Position numbers and translations under genes: made by a program. A model generated the notes under the pieces. That model was not told the origin of the DNA, made no database searches, and saw nothing but the letters and a program-made list of their open reading frames with translations. Of a stretch of DNA of 43,328 bases, positions 29,125 through 38,659 are shown in pieces (the stretch's first letter is position 1; the number at the start of each line of letters is the position of its first letter). The DNA comes from Thermoplasmata archaeon (GTDB lineage Archaea; Thermoplasmatota; Thermoplasmata; Halarchaeoplasmatales; Halarchaeoplasmataceae), in assembly GCA_046540335.1 (NCBI GenBank), contig JBKHFH010000005.1:1-43328 (forward strand). Direction: 5' to 3'.

Positions 29125-29637
29125 TCATGGTCCCTGGTGCATCCCAGGGTAATATTCATCAAACTCTTCAAATTCACTCATCATGCTGAATTCCTCCTTC
29201 AAAATCTCGTAATGATTTTGTTCCATCCCTGCAAGGTACTCTAACAATTTTTTTGGATTTTTTTGAAGGCCTGCATTCTCTGCTTTCTTAGCCATCATCT
29301 GGTAAAAATCTCTCGAGGCGATCTCCGCATCCATCGCCTGTTCAATTATCTCGCTTTCTTCAACATCATCGCCGTATCTTATGTAGGGAAGAGGCACCGC
29401 CGTTTCTTCTGGTATCTCGATATCATCTTCTTTACCGGTTTTCTCATATATATTCCTAAGAAATCCTTCATGCTTTTTTTCTTCTCCCGCTAAAAATTCG
29501 AAGCGCTCGCTCATAACGAAGTTGTTCACTCTTCCCGCCATGTGCTCGTATACCTCTCTAGCGTTAATTTCCGCCTTCACAGCACCTTTTAACATCTCTT
29601 CAAAACTCAAATCCCCCATATCTATATCTTCTACCAT
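29125..29637 (-). CDS. Ferritin-like / rubrerythrin-domain protein
   Basis: Paired E...EExH di-iron motifs (AEINA...EEKKH; AEIAS...MEQNH). Confidence 0.88.
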   Translation of the reverse strand: MVEDIDMGDLSFEEMLKGAVKAEINAREVYEHMAGRVNNFVMSERFEFLAGEEKKHEGFLRNIYEKTGKEDDIEIPEETAVPLPYIRYGDDVEESEIIEQAMDAEIASRDFYQMMAKKAENAGLQKNPKKLLEYLAGMEQNHYEILKEEFSMMSEFEEFDEYYPGMHQGP

Positions 29638-29928
29638 ATTTTCAAACCTCCAGATTCAGATGAGAGGGAGTAATCTCCTATTTCTTGAGATTTATAACCC
29701 ACTCTCCCGTGTCTTAATGAAGTTCTACCTACATTAATTTTATCATTGATTTTACCGTAGGATTTTCCTCCCGAAGTCTTTATAGTTTCTCGTGTCAAAG
29801 TTGGGCTTGATTCGGTCCGGCTCACACACATCTTTTCCGCATAACGTGATAATAAGTACGATATATATGTATTTTTTGTTCGACAATCGCAAAACTATAA
29901 ATAGGTAACTACCTCTTTTAAAGATAAC

Positions 29929-30360
29929 ATGACAGAAATTGACGAAAAGGACAAGAAAATACTTGAGATACTCATGAAAGATTCGAGAACGCCTTATACC
30001 GAGATAGCTGGTGAACTAGATGTGAGCGAAGCTACTGTCAGAAAAAGGATAGACCGTCTTAAAGAAGAAGGAGTCATCGAGCGGTTCACAATCGATATCG
30101 ATCCAATCATTGTAGGTTATAATACCGTCACTCTATTAGGACTGGATGTCGAGCCTGAATATTTTTTGAAGGCGATAGAGGAGATGTCCGAAATAGAAGA
30201 GGTGAAATGGGTCGCTAAATCGACAGGCGATCACATGATAATGTCCGAGATATGGGCCGAAGACGGAGATCACCTTTCAAATATAATGACCGAGAAGATC
30301 GGCAAGATACAAGGAGTTAGAGATCTCTGTCCATCCATCATACTAGAAAAGATAAGATGA
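29929..30360 (+). CDS. Lrp/AsnC regulator, LrpA/Ptr2-like
   Basis: DSRTPYTEIAGELDVSEATVRKRI HTH, and STGDHMIM...CPSIILEK like Pyrococcus LrpA. Confidence 0.93.
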   Translation: MTEIDEKDKKILEILMKDSRTPYTEIAGELDVSEATVRKRIDRLKEEGVIERFTIDIDPIIVGYNTVTLLGLDVEPEYFLKAIEEMSEIEEVKWVAKSTGDHMIMSEIWAEDGDHLSNIMTEKIGKIQGVRDLCPSIILEKIR

Positions 30361-31079
30361 GCGCTGAACTCCTGCATGTCCCTTACGACGCTGAAGGAAT
30401 ATTTGATGAAAGGGTCAACAGATTTTTGGGGAGGGTCGAACTGAAGGACTCCGGTCGAGCAGTGGATGTTCATATCCGTGACCCCGGGAGGTTGGAAGAG
30501 ATATTATTCTCCGGAAACGAAGTTTTACTCGAAAAAGCCGAGAGTGAAAATAGAAAGACCAACTGGACCCTTCTCGCGGGCAAAGTGAAGGGGAACTGGG
30601 TATTCGTAAACTCAGGTTATCACAGGGAGCTCTCTGAGAGGATGTTGGGGGATCCTGAGAAAAGCCCTTTTGGAGAGATAGATAGATATCAGGCCGAAAG
30701 AAAATTAGGGGAAAGCAGGATCGACTTTTTACTTCAAAAAGAGGATGAAAAGATATGGGTGGAAGTCAAGGGATGTACCTTGGCCGAAGACTGGAGAGCT
30801 TTGTTTCCCGATGCTCCCACAGAGCGTGGGAAGAGACATGTGGAGGAACTGATCGGTGTGATGGATGAAGACAGAGTCTCTAGCGCTCTAATGTTCCTCG
30901 TTTTTCGACCTGACTCAAGATGTTTTGCTCCTCATAAGGATAAAGATCCAGATTTCACTGAAACCTTTGAATTGGCTGTTGATAAAGGAGTAGATGTTAA
31001 AGCCATCAAATTAGATTATGACGGGACCTATATCAGGTTGGTAGAAGAGATTCCTTTATGCGAGGGATATGGACCATGA
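30357..31079 (+). CDS. sfsA: DNA/RNA nuclease SfsA
   Basis: RVNRF, HIRDPGRL, SRIDFLL, EVKGCTL and FPDAPTERGKRH motifs. Confidence 0.94.
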   Translation: MSAELLHVPYDAEGIFDERVNRFLGRVELKDSGRAVDVHIRDPGRLEEILFSGNEVLLEKAESENRKTNWTLLAGKVKGNWVFVNSGYHRELSERMLGDPEKSPFGEIDRYQAERKLGESRIDFLLQKEDEKIWVEVKGCTLAEDWRALFPDAPTERGKRHVEELIGVMDEDRVSSALMFLVFRPDSRCFAPHKDKDPDFTETFELAVDKGVDVKAIKLDYDGTYIRLVEEIPLCEGYGP

Positions 31080-31333
31080 AAAGAGATGTTCTAGAGGATG
31101 CGATAGAGTCACATAATGAACACAAATCTGCTATCGCAGAGGCTGAACTTGTCGATTTCGATGAGGATGGATTCAAAGTAAAGTTTGAAGGAAATTTCTG
31201 TTTGAGCTGCTGCATGGACGAGTACTTTATCGACCTAGTATATGAATTGGAAGAGTTGGGGGTTGAGATTGAATTTGTGGAGTTTCATCAAGTCGGAAAT
31301 AAAGCCTTTGTAGCGAAATATTCTAGTTCTTGA
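31076..31333 (+). CDS. Small Cys-containing hypothetical protein (NifU-C-like pattern)
   Basis: VKFEGNFCLSCC motif. The ATG overlaps the sfsA stop (ATGA). Confidence 0.6.
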   Translation: MKRDVLEDAIESHNEHKSAIAEAELVDFDEDGFKVKFEGNFCLSCCMDEYFIDLVYELEELGVEIEFVEFHQVGNKAFVAKYSSS

Positions 31334-31408
31334 ATTTACAATCTTTTCTGTTTCTAGTTCAGGAGTTTTTACATAAAAATATATAACCCCTAATCAGATT
31401 TCCAGAAA

Positions 31409-34400
31409 ATGGTGAGTCAAGTGGATGACATCAACGGCGATATAATTGAGTATGAACAATCTATGGCAAAAGGCGTAGCAGAGATGTTCAACAAGTTCAA
31501 GGAATCCTGGCCGGGAGGATTCGGGGGAGGTGTCCCTTTCGACGAGGAGAGGGTCAGAGATAGGATGGAAGAAAGTTCCAGCATAGTGGATTACGTAGCT
31601 GTAGATGAAGACGGAATACCTGTGGGCTTCTGCAATCTAGAACCTCACTGGATCGATGAAAAGGCAGCCTATGTAGGCCTGCTAGGTGTCATCTCACGGG
31701 CAAAGGGCAAGAAGTATGGTAAAAATCTTCTGATGAAAACCCTCGAAAAGGCGATAGAAGAGAACATCGAAAGAGTCGACCTTCATACCTGGTCGGGAAA
31801 TCAGAATGCGATGCCGCTGTACAAAAAAGTAGGCATGTTCTGGGTGCCCGAAACGACGGTATACATGCAGGATTACATCCCTCTTCTCCACCAGAACGAT
31901 CTCACCGAAGAGTGGTTCGGTTCCCATCTAGACTGGTATGAATCACAGTGTAGAGAGTTAAAACAGGAACCGGATGATCTCACCGTAAACGGGATGAAGA
32001 TATACCGCTACAGATTCGAGAAAGGAGAAGACTGGATGGAGGTCGATATCGACAGGTATGGATGGGGTATAACCGGCATAACAAGGCAACTCGATGATGA
32101 GAAGATAACGGTAAAAGCGAGGGTTGATTCTCATAATTTTCACATGGGTATAGAGAACAGATATACCTTGATGATCGAAAATGGTACTAGCGAAGAAAAA
32201 CAACTTTTTTTGAATGTTAACAAGTTCGAGGGATTGGAATTTGAAGATGATTTTCCTTCAGAGGTGAAGATAGGCAAGGGAGAAACGAAAAAGATATCCA
32301 GAGAGTTCCTGGTGACCAAGAAAGCTGAGACCTACGAATCTAATCAAAGATCATCTGAAACCATCGATACAATGATCGAGATGGATGACAAAGAGTTCGA
32401 ACTTACCACGGGAGGTAAGATAGAACCGGCCATTGAAGTTGAAAGCCAGAGAGATATGCATCGAGTTTTCTCGGATCGAAAAACGGACCTCTATTTCGAC
32501 CTTAAAAACAATACGAAAAAGAGATTGAGCGGAAAAGTGGAATTCGCCTTGGGTGACCTTGAAGGAACTATAGATTTTGAGCTTGAAGAGGAGGAAAGCA
32601 GCGGATTCAAGATGCCGGTCGAACTAAATTTTGAAGATAAGAAGGTCGATTATATCGAATTCACACCGTCTGTAAGCAAAGAGGACGGACCTTTCCTTAT
32701 GGAATCTTACTCACATCCCGTGGTAGAAGATAGCGATGATCTTCTAGTTTTGGCGGAAACAGAGGACCAGGTATTTCTAGTCAATGATAAGATGAAAGTC
32801 AAAGCGGAACTGGAGGGCGGGGATGTAAAGGTCAGTGAACTCACTAGGGATTCTGAACTTCCTTTTGAGATCAGTCAGCAGATCGGTCCTCCTTTCGGTA
32901 GAACACCTGATTCCACATTAGAATACGACCATGAGTTCACCGAAGATGAAGATGAAGTCGTTTTAACTTTGAAAGCTGAGAGCATTTACAAGCCCGGAGC
33001 TCTCATCAAAAAGCACTTAAAGTTGAAGAAAAGATCGAACGAAATCGAATTCTGGTCGGAGATAGAGAACGTCTCCGATGAAGACCTCGAATGTGCCGCC
33101 AAAACCAACACTAGAAGATGGGGCTTTCAGACGGAGTCGTATCAGGCAAAAGCTAGGATATACACGCCTTTTAAAGACCAGATAGTAGAGACCGATCCAG
33201 TGAGCGACATGCTGTCATCTACGATGATGCCAACAGATCCAAAAGAATGGGAAGAAAATTGGACCGCTTACGAGGATTTTGGAGATTCGGCTGTCTCCGG
33301 AATTATATGGGACGACGAGAATCTAGAAAAAGTGAAGATGGCTAGAGGTCTTTTAGAGGAAATGAAGAGTAAGACCGAAAAAGTAGATCCAGGAGAGAAA
33401 TTCAAGACTTCACATTTTTGGCTTTCGGTAAAAAACCCTTCGCTGAATTCATTCAGACAGACATGGAATCAGTTGGTCGGAAAACGAGAGATAAAATCGA
33501 ACGAAAGAAGTTATGGGAAGCATAGTAGAAAACATCTCGAAGCCCGACTCGATGAAAATATTTTAGAGGCTGGAAAAAAGCACCGGAGAAAAATAACGAT
33601 CGATAAAGCAGTAGATTATCCTATGCCGGGCAGATATACTCTCAAGGAGTCCGATTACTTGGATGTTTCTTTCACTGATGATGAGCGAATGAAAGAAGTG
33701 TCTAAAGAGGAAGACGATAAGGAATTGGTATTGCCTATAAATATCGAGGTGAAAAATGAGCCAAAAACTTATCTCGAGACCGTGGACCTTCATTTCAGCG
33801 GTGAGAGAGAGATGGATTTTGAACTTCCAGTGATAATCACAAAAAATGAGAAGATAGTTATAGAATCAGAGAAGAAGAAAGGAGAAAGAGTACTCCGTGT
33901 AGATAATGGAGAGTTAGAATTCGAGATTTTAGATAATTTTGGAGGCTATCTCATCGGGCTCAAAAACTCGGAAGGAAAAACATATCTGGCAGACAGCTTT
34001 CCTGAATCAAAGCCGAAGAGCTGGTTCGAAAACTTACTGGGCGGAATAGAACCGAGGTTCATGACTCCTGAAGATATCTATTCGTTCTATGAGACCGAAA
34101 TGGTCTCTTTGAAGGAGATCAGCGAAGAGAATTGGAAAGGTGTCAAGGCCGATTATGAGATGCAGAAAAATGATTCCCTGAGAGGCCAAAGGTTCTCCGT
34201 TAAGTATCTGACACTACCGGGTTCCAAACTCATCAAGATTCAAATAATACATGATAACCCCAAGGATAGAGAAGTCAATTGGCTTGGGGAATTATTCATG
34301 GACGTTTTATTGAACAGGGAGCTTGAAGGAACGACAGTTGAGATACCAGGAAAGTACGAGAATTGGAGTTGGTCACACCAGAACCAGCAATTCGTCACCC

Positions 34401-34648
34401 CGGCAAATATTGAGGAACCTCTGTTTCGGTTCAGCAACGGGGATATATCTCTCAGCGGATTTGCTCTGAAGGATTCTCCGGCCTTTCCTTCTGTGATATG
34501 CAATAGAGAGATCCATATGGGCATCTTGGCTTCGAATATTACCTCTTCACCTCGCCAGAAAGAGCAGATAGAACTTGGTGTGGCGGTAGATATATCAAAA
34601 CAAGATATAGATAAGGCCAGGAGAGCGATGAAATCTAAATGCAAGTAG
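31409..34648 (+). CDS. Large GNAT N-acetyltransferase-domain protein (1079 aa)
   Basis: N-terminal GNAT (KGKKYGK motif A; DLHTWSGNQNAMPLYKKVG) followed by ~900 aa of unrecognised, beta-rich-looking sequence. Confidence 0.8.
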   Translation: MVSQVDDINGDIIEYEQSMAKGVAEMFNKFKESWPGGFGGGVPFDEERVRDRMEESSSIVDYVAVDEDGIPVGFCNLEPHWIDEKAAYVGLLGVISRAKGKKYGKNLLMKTLEKAIEENIERVDLHTWSGNQNAMPLYKKVGMFWVPETTVYMQDYIPLLHQNDLTEEWFGSHLDWYESQCRELKQEPDDLTVNGMKIYRYRFEKGEDWMEVDIDRYGWGITGITRQLDDEKITVKARVDSHNFHMGIENRYTLMIENGTSEEKQLFLNVNKFEGLEFEDDFPSEVKIGKGETKKISREFLVTKKAETYESNQRSSETIDTMIEMDDKEFELTTGGKIEPAIEVESQRDMHRVFSDRKTDLYFDLKNNTKKRLSGKVEFALGDLEGTIDFELEEEESSGFKMPVELNFEDKKVDYIEFTPSVSKEDGPFLMESYSHPVVEDSDDLLVLAETEDQVFLVNDKMKVKAELEGGDVKVSELTRDSELPFEISQQIGPPFGRTPDSTLEYDHEFTEDEDEVVLTLKAESIYKPGALIKKHLKLKKRSNEIEFWSEIENVSDEDLECAAKTNTRRWGFQTESYQAKARIYTPFKDQIVETDPVSDMLSSTMMPTDPKEWEENWTAYEDFGDSAVSGIIWDDENLEKVKMARGLLEEMKSKTEKVDPGEKFKTSHFWLSVKNPSLNSFRQTWNQLVGKREIKSNERSYGKHSRKHLEARLDENILEAGKKHRRKITIDKAVDYPMPGRYTLKESDYLDVSFTDDERMKEVSKEEDDKELVLPINIEVKNEPKTYLETVDLHFSGEREMDFELPVIITKNEKIVIESEKKKGERVLRVDNGELEFEILDNFGGYLIGLKNSEGKTYLADSFPESKPKSWFENLLGGIEPRFMTPEDIYSFYETEMVSLKEISEENWKGVKADYEMQKNDSLRGQRFSVKYLTLPGSKLIKIQIIHDNPKDREVNWLGELFMDVLLNRELEGTTVEIPGKYENWSWSHQNQQFVTPANIEEPLFRFSNGDISLSGFALKDSPAFPSVICNREIHMGILASNITSSPRQKEQIELGVAVDISKQDIDKARRAMKSKCK

Positions 34649-34694
34649 ATCTTTTCAGTAGTCATGAGTACTTTTCCTTAAAATTGTGGCTGTT

Positions 34695-34805
34695 ATGGAA
34701 TCTACACGGGATGTAATCAATGAAAGGATAAAGGAAGAGCTAAGCATCGAGATAGATCCCGGAAGGCTGCTGTGGATCGGAGATAATTTCTTTGAAGATG
34801 GATGA
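34695..34805 (+). pseudogene. NUDIX hydrolase remnant
   Basis: ESTRDVINERIKEELSIEIDPGRLLWIGDNFF resembles a decayed Nudix box plus the 'RLLWVVENFF' segment. Confidence 0.5.
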
Positions 34806-34863
34806 TACTACACTAATTTTGAAGGCTCATAACTGATTTATACATCTACGGCATATTCACCTG

Positions 34864-36036
34864 ATGAAGATAAGTCCAGAAAAGGCTAGAAGAGTCTTGT
34901 CTCACCTTCACGGGTTCGATTCATTAGAGAGAGGTGAAGAAAAGACTGCTGAATTGTTCAGTAAAATACCCTGCGTGCAGGTCGATCCGATAAATCCCGG
35001 TGGTAGAAACCATGATTTGACTCTTTTCAGCAGGATAGAAGATTACGATCTAGAATATCTTTCTAAGTTATTGTATGAGAAAAATATTCTTTTCGAATAC
35101 TACTGCAAGATGCTCTCGATACTTCCCATGGAGTATTATCCGGTCTTCAAAGTGGAGATGGGAAGACAGTACGAGAAACACAGAGATGTTTTCAAAGAGC
35201 ACAGCGAAGAGATAGGGTTCATACTTGAAGAGATGGAACGAGAGCCTCTAAGTTCGCTTGAACTGAGAGATATGGGCGAATCGAGGAAAGAGAGTTGGCG
35301 CTCAAAGAAGTTAACCCACAGTCTGCTTCGGGTTCTGTGGTTGTCAGGTGAAATAATGATCCACCATCGAGAGGGCAGGAGAAAATACTATACCTTGGCA
35401 AAAGAGGTAGTGCCCGAAGAGATCCATGATGAACAAATCGACGAAGATGAGTACAAGAGGAATATAGCCAAGATAATATTGAAGTCTTCGAAATTGGTTT
35501 CACCTTCCAAGGCTTCTGCACAGTGGACGAAGATCGGCGGTGTCAGAGAGGTGAGGAAAGTCCTAGATGGATTGAAAGATGGAGGGAAAATATTCTCTTT
35601 AGAGGTGGATGGATGGAAGGGAGACCTTTACGCATGTGAAGAAGAAAGAGATCATTGGGAGGAAAGTCCGGATTCAGGTGATCCTTATCTCCGGTTTTTG
35701 GCACCGTTAGACCCACTTTTATGGAATAGAGAGCGGTTTTCCATCGTTTTTGAACACGAGTATATTTGGGAAGTATACAAGCCGAAAGAGGATAGGATAT
35801 ACGGTCATTATTGTCTCCCTATAATATTCAACGACGCCTATGTGAGCTTATTTGAACCTTATCTTGACGGCGATGTATTGAATATAAGAAATTTTCACCT
35901 TTTCGATGATTTAGACCAAAACGATTTTTCAGAACATTTCAAAAAAGAGCTGGGGAGATATATGGAGTTCTTGGGTGCTGAAGATATAAAGATAGATACT
36001 TCAGATAGGATACTCAGAAAAATGATAGGTTCATAA
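34864..36036 (+). CDS. YcaQ/AlkZ-family (HTH_42) crosslink-repair DNA glycosylase
   Basis: QVDP (QxD catalytic motif), LFSRI, LFEY, LAPLDPLLWNRER and WEVYKP...YGHYCLP. Confidence 0.9.
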   Translation: MKISPEKARRVLSHLHGFDSLERGEEKTAELFSKIPCVQVDPINPGGRNHDLTLFSRIEDYDLEYLSKLLYEKNILFEYYCKMLSILPMEYYPVFKVEMGRQYEKHRDVFKEHSEEIGFILEEMEREPLSSLELRDMGESRKESWRSKKLTHSLLRVLWLSGEIMIHHREGRRKYYTLAKEVVPEEIHDEQIDEDEYKRNIAKIILKSSKLVSPSKASAQWTKIGGVREVRKVLDGLKDGGKIFSLEVDGWKGDLYACEEERDHWEESPDSGDPYLRFLAPLDPLLWNRERFSIVFEHEYIWEVYKPKEDRIYGHYCLPIIFNDAYVSLFEPYLDGDVLNIRNFHLFDDLDQNDFSEHFKKELGRYMEFLGAEDIKIDTSDRILRKMIGS

Positions 36037-36187
36037 GATGATAATCTTAATCAATGGCCCGATATCAGATGACCTCGTTTATGTGATCTTAGGACGGTGT
36101 GTTGAAATGATGTCGAGAGCAGAAGAGTCGGAAATTTCCTCTATCTGCAAGCATAAAATATTTCTATCTTGAATCAATCACAAAACC

Positions 36188-37027
36188 ATGACGGGGATGA
36201 ATTTCTTCAGGAGTAAGGATCTCGAGACCACAAGAGAATTCTACATGGATGAACTTGAAATGGATCTCTGGCTAGATCAGGATAAGTGCAAGATAGTGAA
36301 AGACGGAAACCTTTTGCTCGGCTTCTGCGAGGGCGAAACTGTCGATGAAGGAGGAACTATCACTTTCTTTTACCGAACTAAAGAAGAAGTCGACGAGATG
36401 TACGAAAAGTTCAAAGATAGAGCTAGAGGAGAACCCTCAGAGAACGATTTTTTCAATGTCTATCAGTTCTTTGCTGAGGACCCGGAGGGTAGAATCCTCG
36501 AATTTCAGACCTTTTTACATCACTTAGAGCCGTACATGGAAGGTATTGAGCTGTTAGAAAACAGAAGAAGTGTGAGGGACTACACCGACGAAGAAGTCTC
36601 TGAGGAAACTCTGCAGAAGATGTTCGAGACTTGCAGATACGCGCCAACCTCTAGGAACTCTCAGTCTTACTATTTCATACCGATAAAAGATAAAGAGACG
36701 ATAGAATTCATGGCTGAACGAAGAGGCAGCAACAGTCAACCAATAGCTGAAGCTCCGATGGCTGTCGCGATCTGCTGCGATCCAGAAAAAACTGGAAGGC
36801 CTCAACAGGACGGGGATATCGCCGCCTATCATTTCACTCTGACCGCATGGGCACACGGCTTAGGTACCTGCTGGATAGCCGCGATGGACAGAGAAGATGT
36901 AAAGGACAAATTGGATATCCCGCAGGACCATTACGTAGCGACTGTAACACCGCTAGGCTATCCAAAAGAAATCCCGGAGACCCCATCGAGAAAAGAGGTC
37001 GAAGAATTCGTGAAAAGAATAGAGTGA
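36188..37027 (+). CDS. VOC/glyoxalase-nitroreductase fusion protein
   Basis: N-terminal TREFY...FFAEDPEGRILEFQ (VOC); C-terminal RRSVRDY, APTSRNSQ and GLGTCWI (nitroreductase). Confidence 0.88.
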   Translation: MTGMNFFRSKDLETTREFYMDELEMDLWLDQDKCKIVKDGNLLLGFCEGETVDEGGTITFFYRTKEEVDEMYEKFKDRARGEPSENDFFNVYQFFAEDPEGRILEFQTFLHHLEPYMEGIELLENRRSVRDYTDEEVSEETLQKMFETCRYAPTSRNSQSYYFIPIKDKETIEFMAERRGSNSQPIAEAPMAVAICCDPEKTGRPQQDGDIAAYHFTLTAWAHGLGTCWIAAMDREDVKDKLDIPQDHYVATVTPLGYPKEIPETPSRKEVEEFVKRIE

Positions 37028-37032
37028 CACCA

Positions 37033-37677
37033 TCATTTGAATATGTGACCGGTTTCCTCATACCAGAGGACCAGATCCAGATGATGTATAGGGATACCTA
37101 TCTCAGCGGAAAACTCTTCCATCTTTTCTTCTATCTCTAGGTATCTTTTTTTGGTCAAAGTCTTAGGTTCCTCATCGATCACACCCAATTCTACAAGATT
37201 TTTTAGTATGTGCCTGTCCAGTATCGCAAGGTTTTCACCTTTTCCGATATTCCGCAAAAAATGACTGGCTTCCTTGTAGCCCAATCCCTTGACGTTATCC
37301 ACGACCCACTCCCGTGCTTCTTTCTGATCCTTGAATCCTGAAATCTTTTCCTTTAATGAAATGTCATCATCCACAAATTTTTCTCTAGCCCCGACCAGAT
37401 AAGAGGCCTTGTTGTTCCTGAACCTAACCTTCTTTATATTCTCAGATATGTTTTCCTCACAACCACCTAACAGCAGGTTGTCCTCTTTCAATTTTTGAAC
37501 CGTCTCCCAACAAGCTTTAGCCTTGGATTGAGGAGTAAATAGACAGAAGACCATCTCATCGAAGATCCTCTCGTCGTCTTCCTCCCAGATCTCATTGAAA
37601 TCTTCCATCCTCGATTCGATCTTGGGTTTGATTTTTTCATACGTGGCTTTTATCTGGTTTGCCTTAGAAGTCCTCAT
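37033..37677 (-). CDS. ogg: 8-oxoguanine DNA glycosylase/AP lyase (archaeal Ogg2)
   Basis: FCLFTPQSKA, RFRNNKA, KGLGYKEASHFLRNIG, AILDRHIL and DLVLWY motifs. Confidence 0.95.
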   Translation of the reverse strand: MRTSKANQIKATYEKIKPKIESRMEDFNEIWEEDDERIFDEMVFCLFTPQSKAKACWETVQKLKEDNLLLGGCEENISENIKKVRFRNNKASYLVGAREKFVDDDISLKEKISGFKDQKEAREWVVDNVKGLGYKEASHFLRNIGKGENLAILDRHILKNLVELGVIDEEPKTLTKKRYLEIEEKMEEFSAEIGIPIHHLDLVLWYEETGHIFK

Positions 37678-37720
37678 ATTTTACTATCAAACTCCAACCT
37701 AGTACATCAATCCTTTCCTT

Positions 37721-38647
37721 TTACAGTCTTTTATCTATGCATCTTCTAACCGTGTAAACCACAGGCGTGAAATGTTTCATCCAAAAATTACCACCGTAGA
37801 TGTTAGCGGATTCCCCTTCGACGTATAGCCTCTTCAAATCTTTCTCCTCTGCCCATTCTACTGACTTCTGAAGTAAAGCTTTCCCTATACCCCTTCCCCT
37901 GTGATGGATATCAACATAGGCACCAGCGATCCTGCAAGTTCTTTCATCGGTCAACAACCATGTTTCTGCATCATCCTTTTTTAGATGGATGTAACCGACA
38001 GGTTCATCTTTTTGAAAAGCTGCTATTATCTCACCGTCGATTTCGTTGTAATCGGCGTGATCATTTGGTGGAAGCCAGAAGAGAGGGGCTTTTGGATAAA
38101 ACTTGTTATGCTTTTTGTCTAGATCTTTGATAGGTTCTCTGTCTTCTAATTTTCTAAAAGATAATGAATCATGGGTGATATCTAGGTCTGATAGGTCTCT
38201 TAACAGTTCAAAGTGTGTCATACCAAATCCCAGTCTGAAAAAATTGTACGTCAGCTCTTCATCCTGGGCCCATATACTGAAGATATGTGAGTGATACCCT
38301 TCCTCAACCCAAATCTTTGAGAGTCTTTCATACATTTTTTGGTAGATGACCTTTTTCATCTTCTCGACAGAGGAGTGTGAGTATACGCCCAAACTGAAGG
38401 CGGTCTTTTCACCCATGAAATCATCTGCTGTAGCGTTCTCTATCATATATCCCGCCATTTCATCATCCTGGAAGGCCGCTACACCTGCCTCACCTCGGTT
38501 TTTTATAAAACTCTTCTCGATCTCTTTTTTTATATTTTCTCTTCTAGGGATCAAAGGAACTTCTTTTCCCCGACTCTCATATGAGTCGATAAAAAGCTTT
38601 GAAGCGTCCTCGATATGATCATCTTCGAATTTTCTGATCTCTAACAT
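37721..38647 (-). CDS. Tandem-GNAT acetyltransferase
   Basis: C-terminal YVDIHHRGRGIGKALL motif A, plus a degenerate N-terminal GNAT half. Confidence 0.85.
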   Translation of the reverse strand: MLEIRKFEDDHIEDASKLFIDSYESRGKEVPLIPRRENIKKEIEKSFIKNRGEAGVAAFQDDEMAGYMIENATADDFMGEKTAFSLGVYSHSSVEKMKKVIYQKMYERLSKIWVEEGYHSHIFSIWAQDEELTYNFFRLGFGMTHFELLRDLSDLDITHDSLSFRKLEDREPIKDLDKKHNKFYPKAPLFWLPPNDHADYNEIDGEIIAAFQKDEPVGYIHLKKDDAETWLLTDERTCRIAGAYVDIHHRGRGIGKALLQKSVEWAEEKDLKRLYVEGESANIYGGNFWMKHFTPVVYTVRRCIDKRL

Positions 38648-38659
38648 GACAGCATTCTC

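Noticed and set aside
29631-29831. 66-aa ORF upstream of the stress cluster
   Set aside because: It lies across promoter elements, has no SD, and is not acidic like the real proteins here.
36036-36090. C/D box sRNA
   Set aside because: All four boxes would be degenerate (ATGATAA, CCGA, AGATGA, GTGA), so the call is not supportable.
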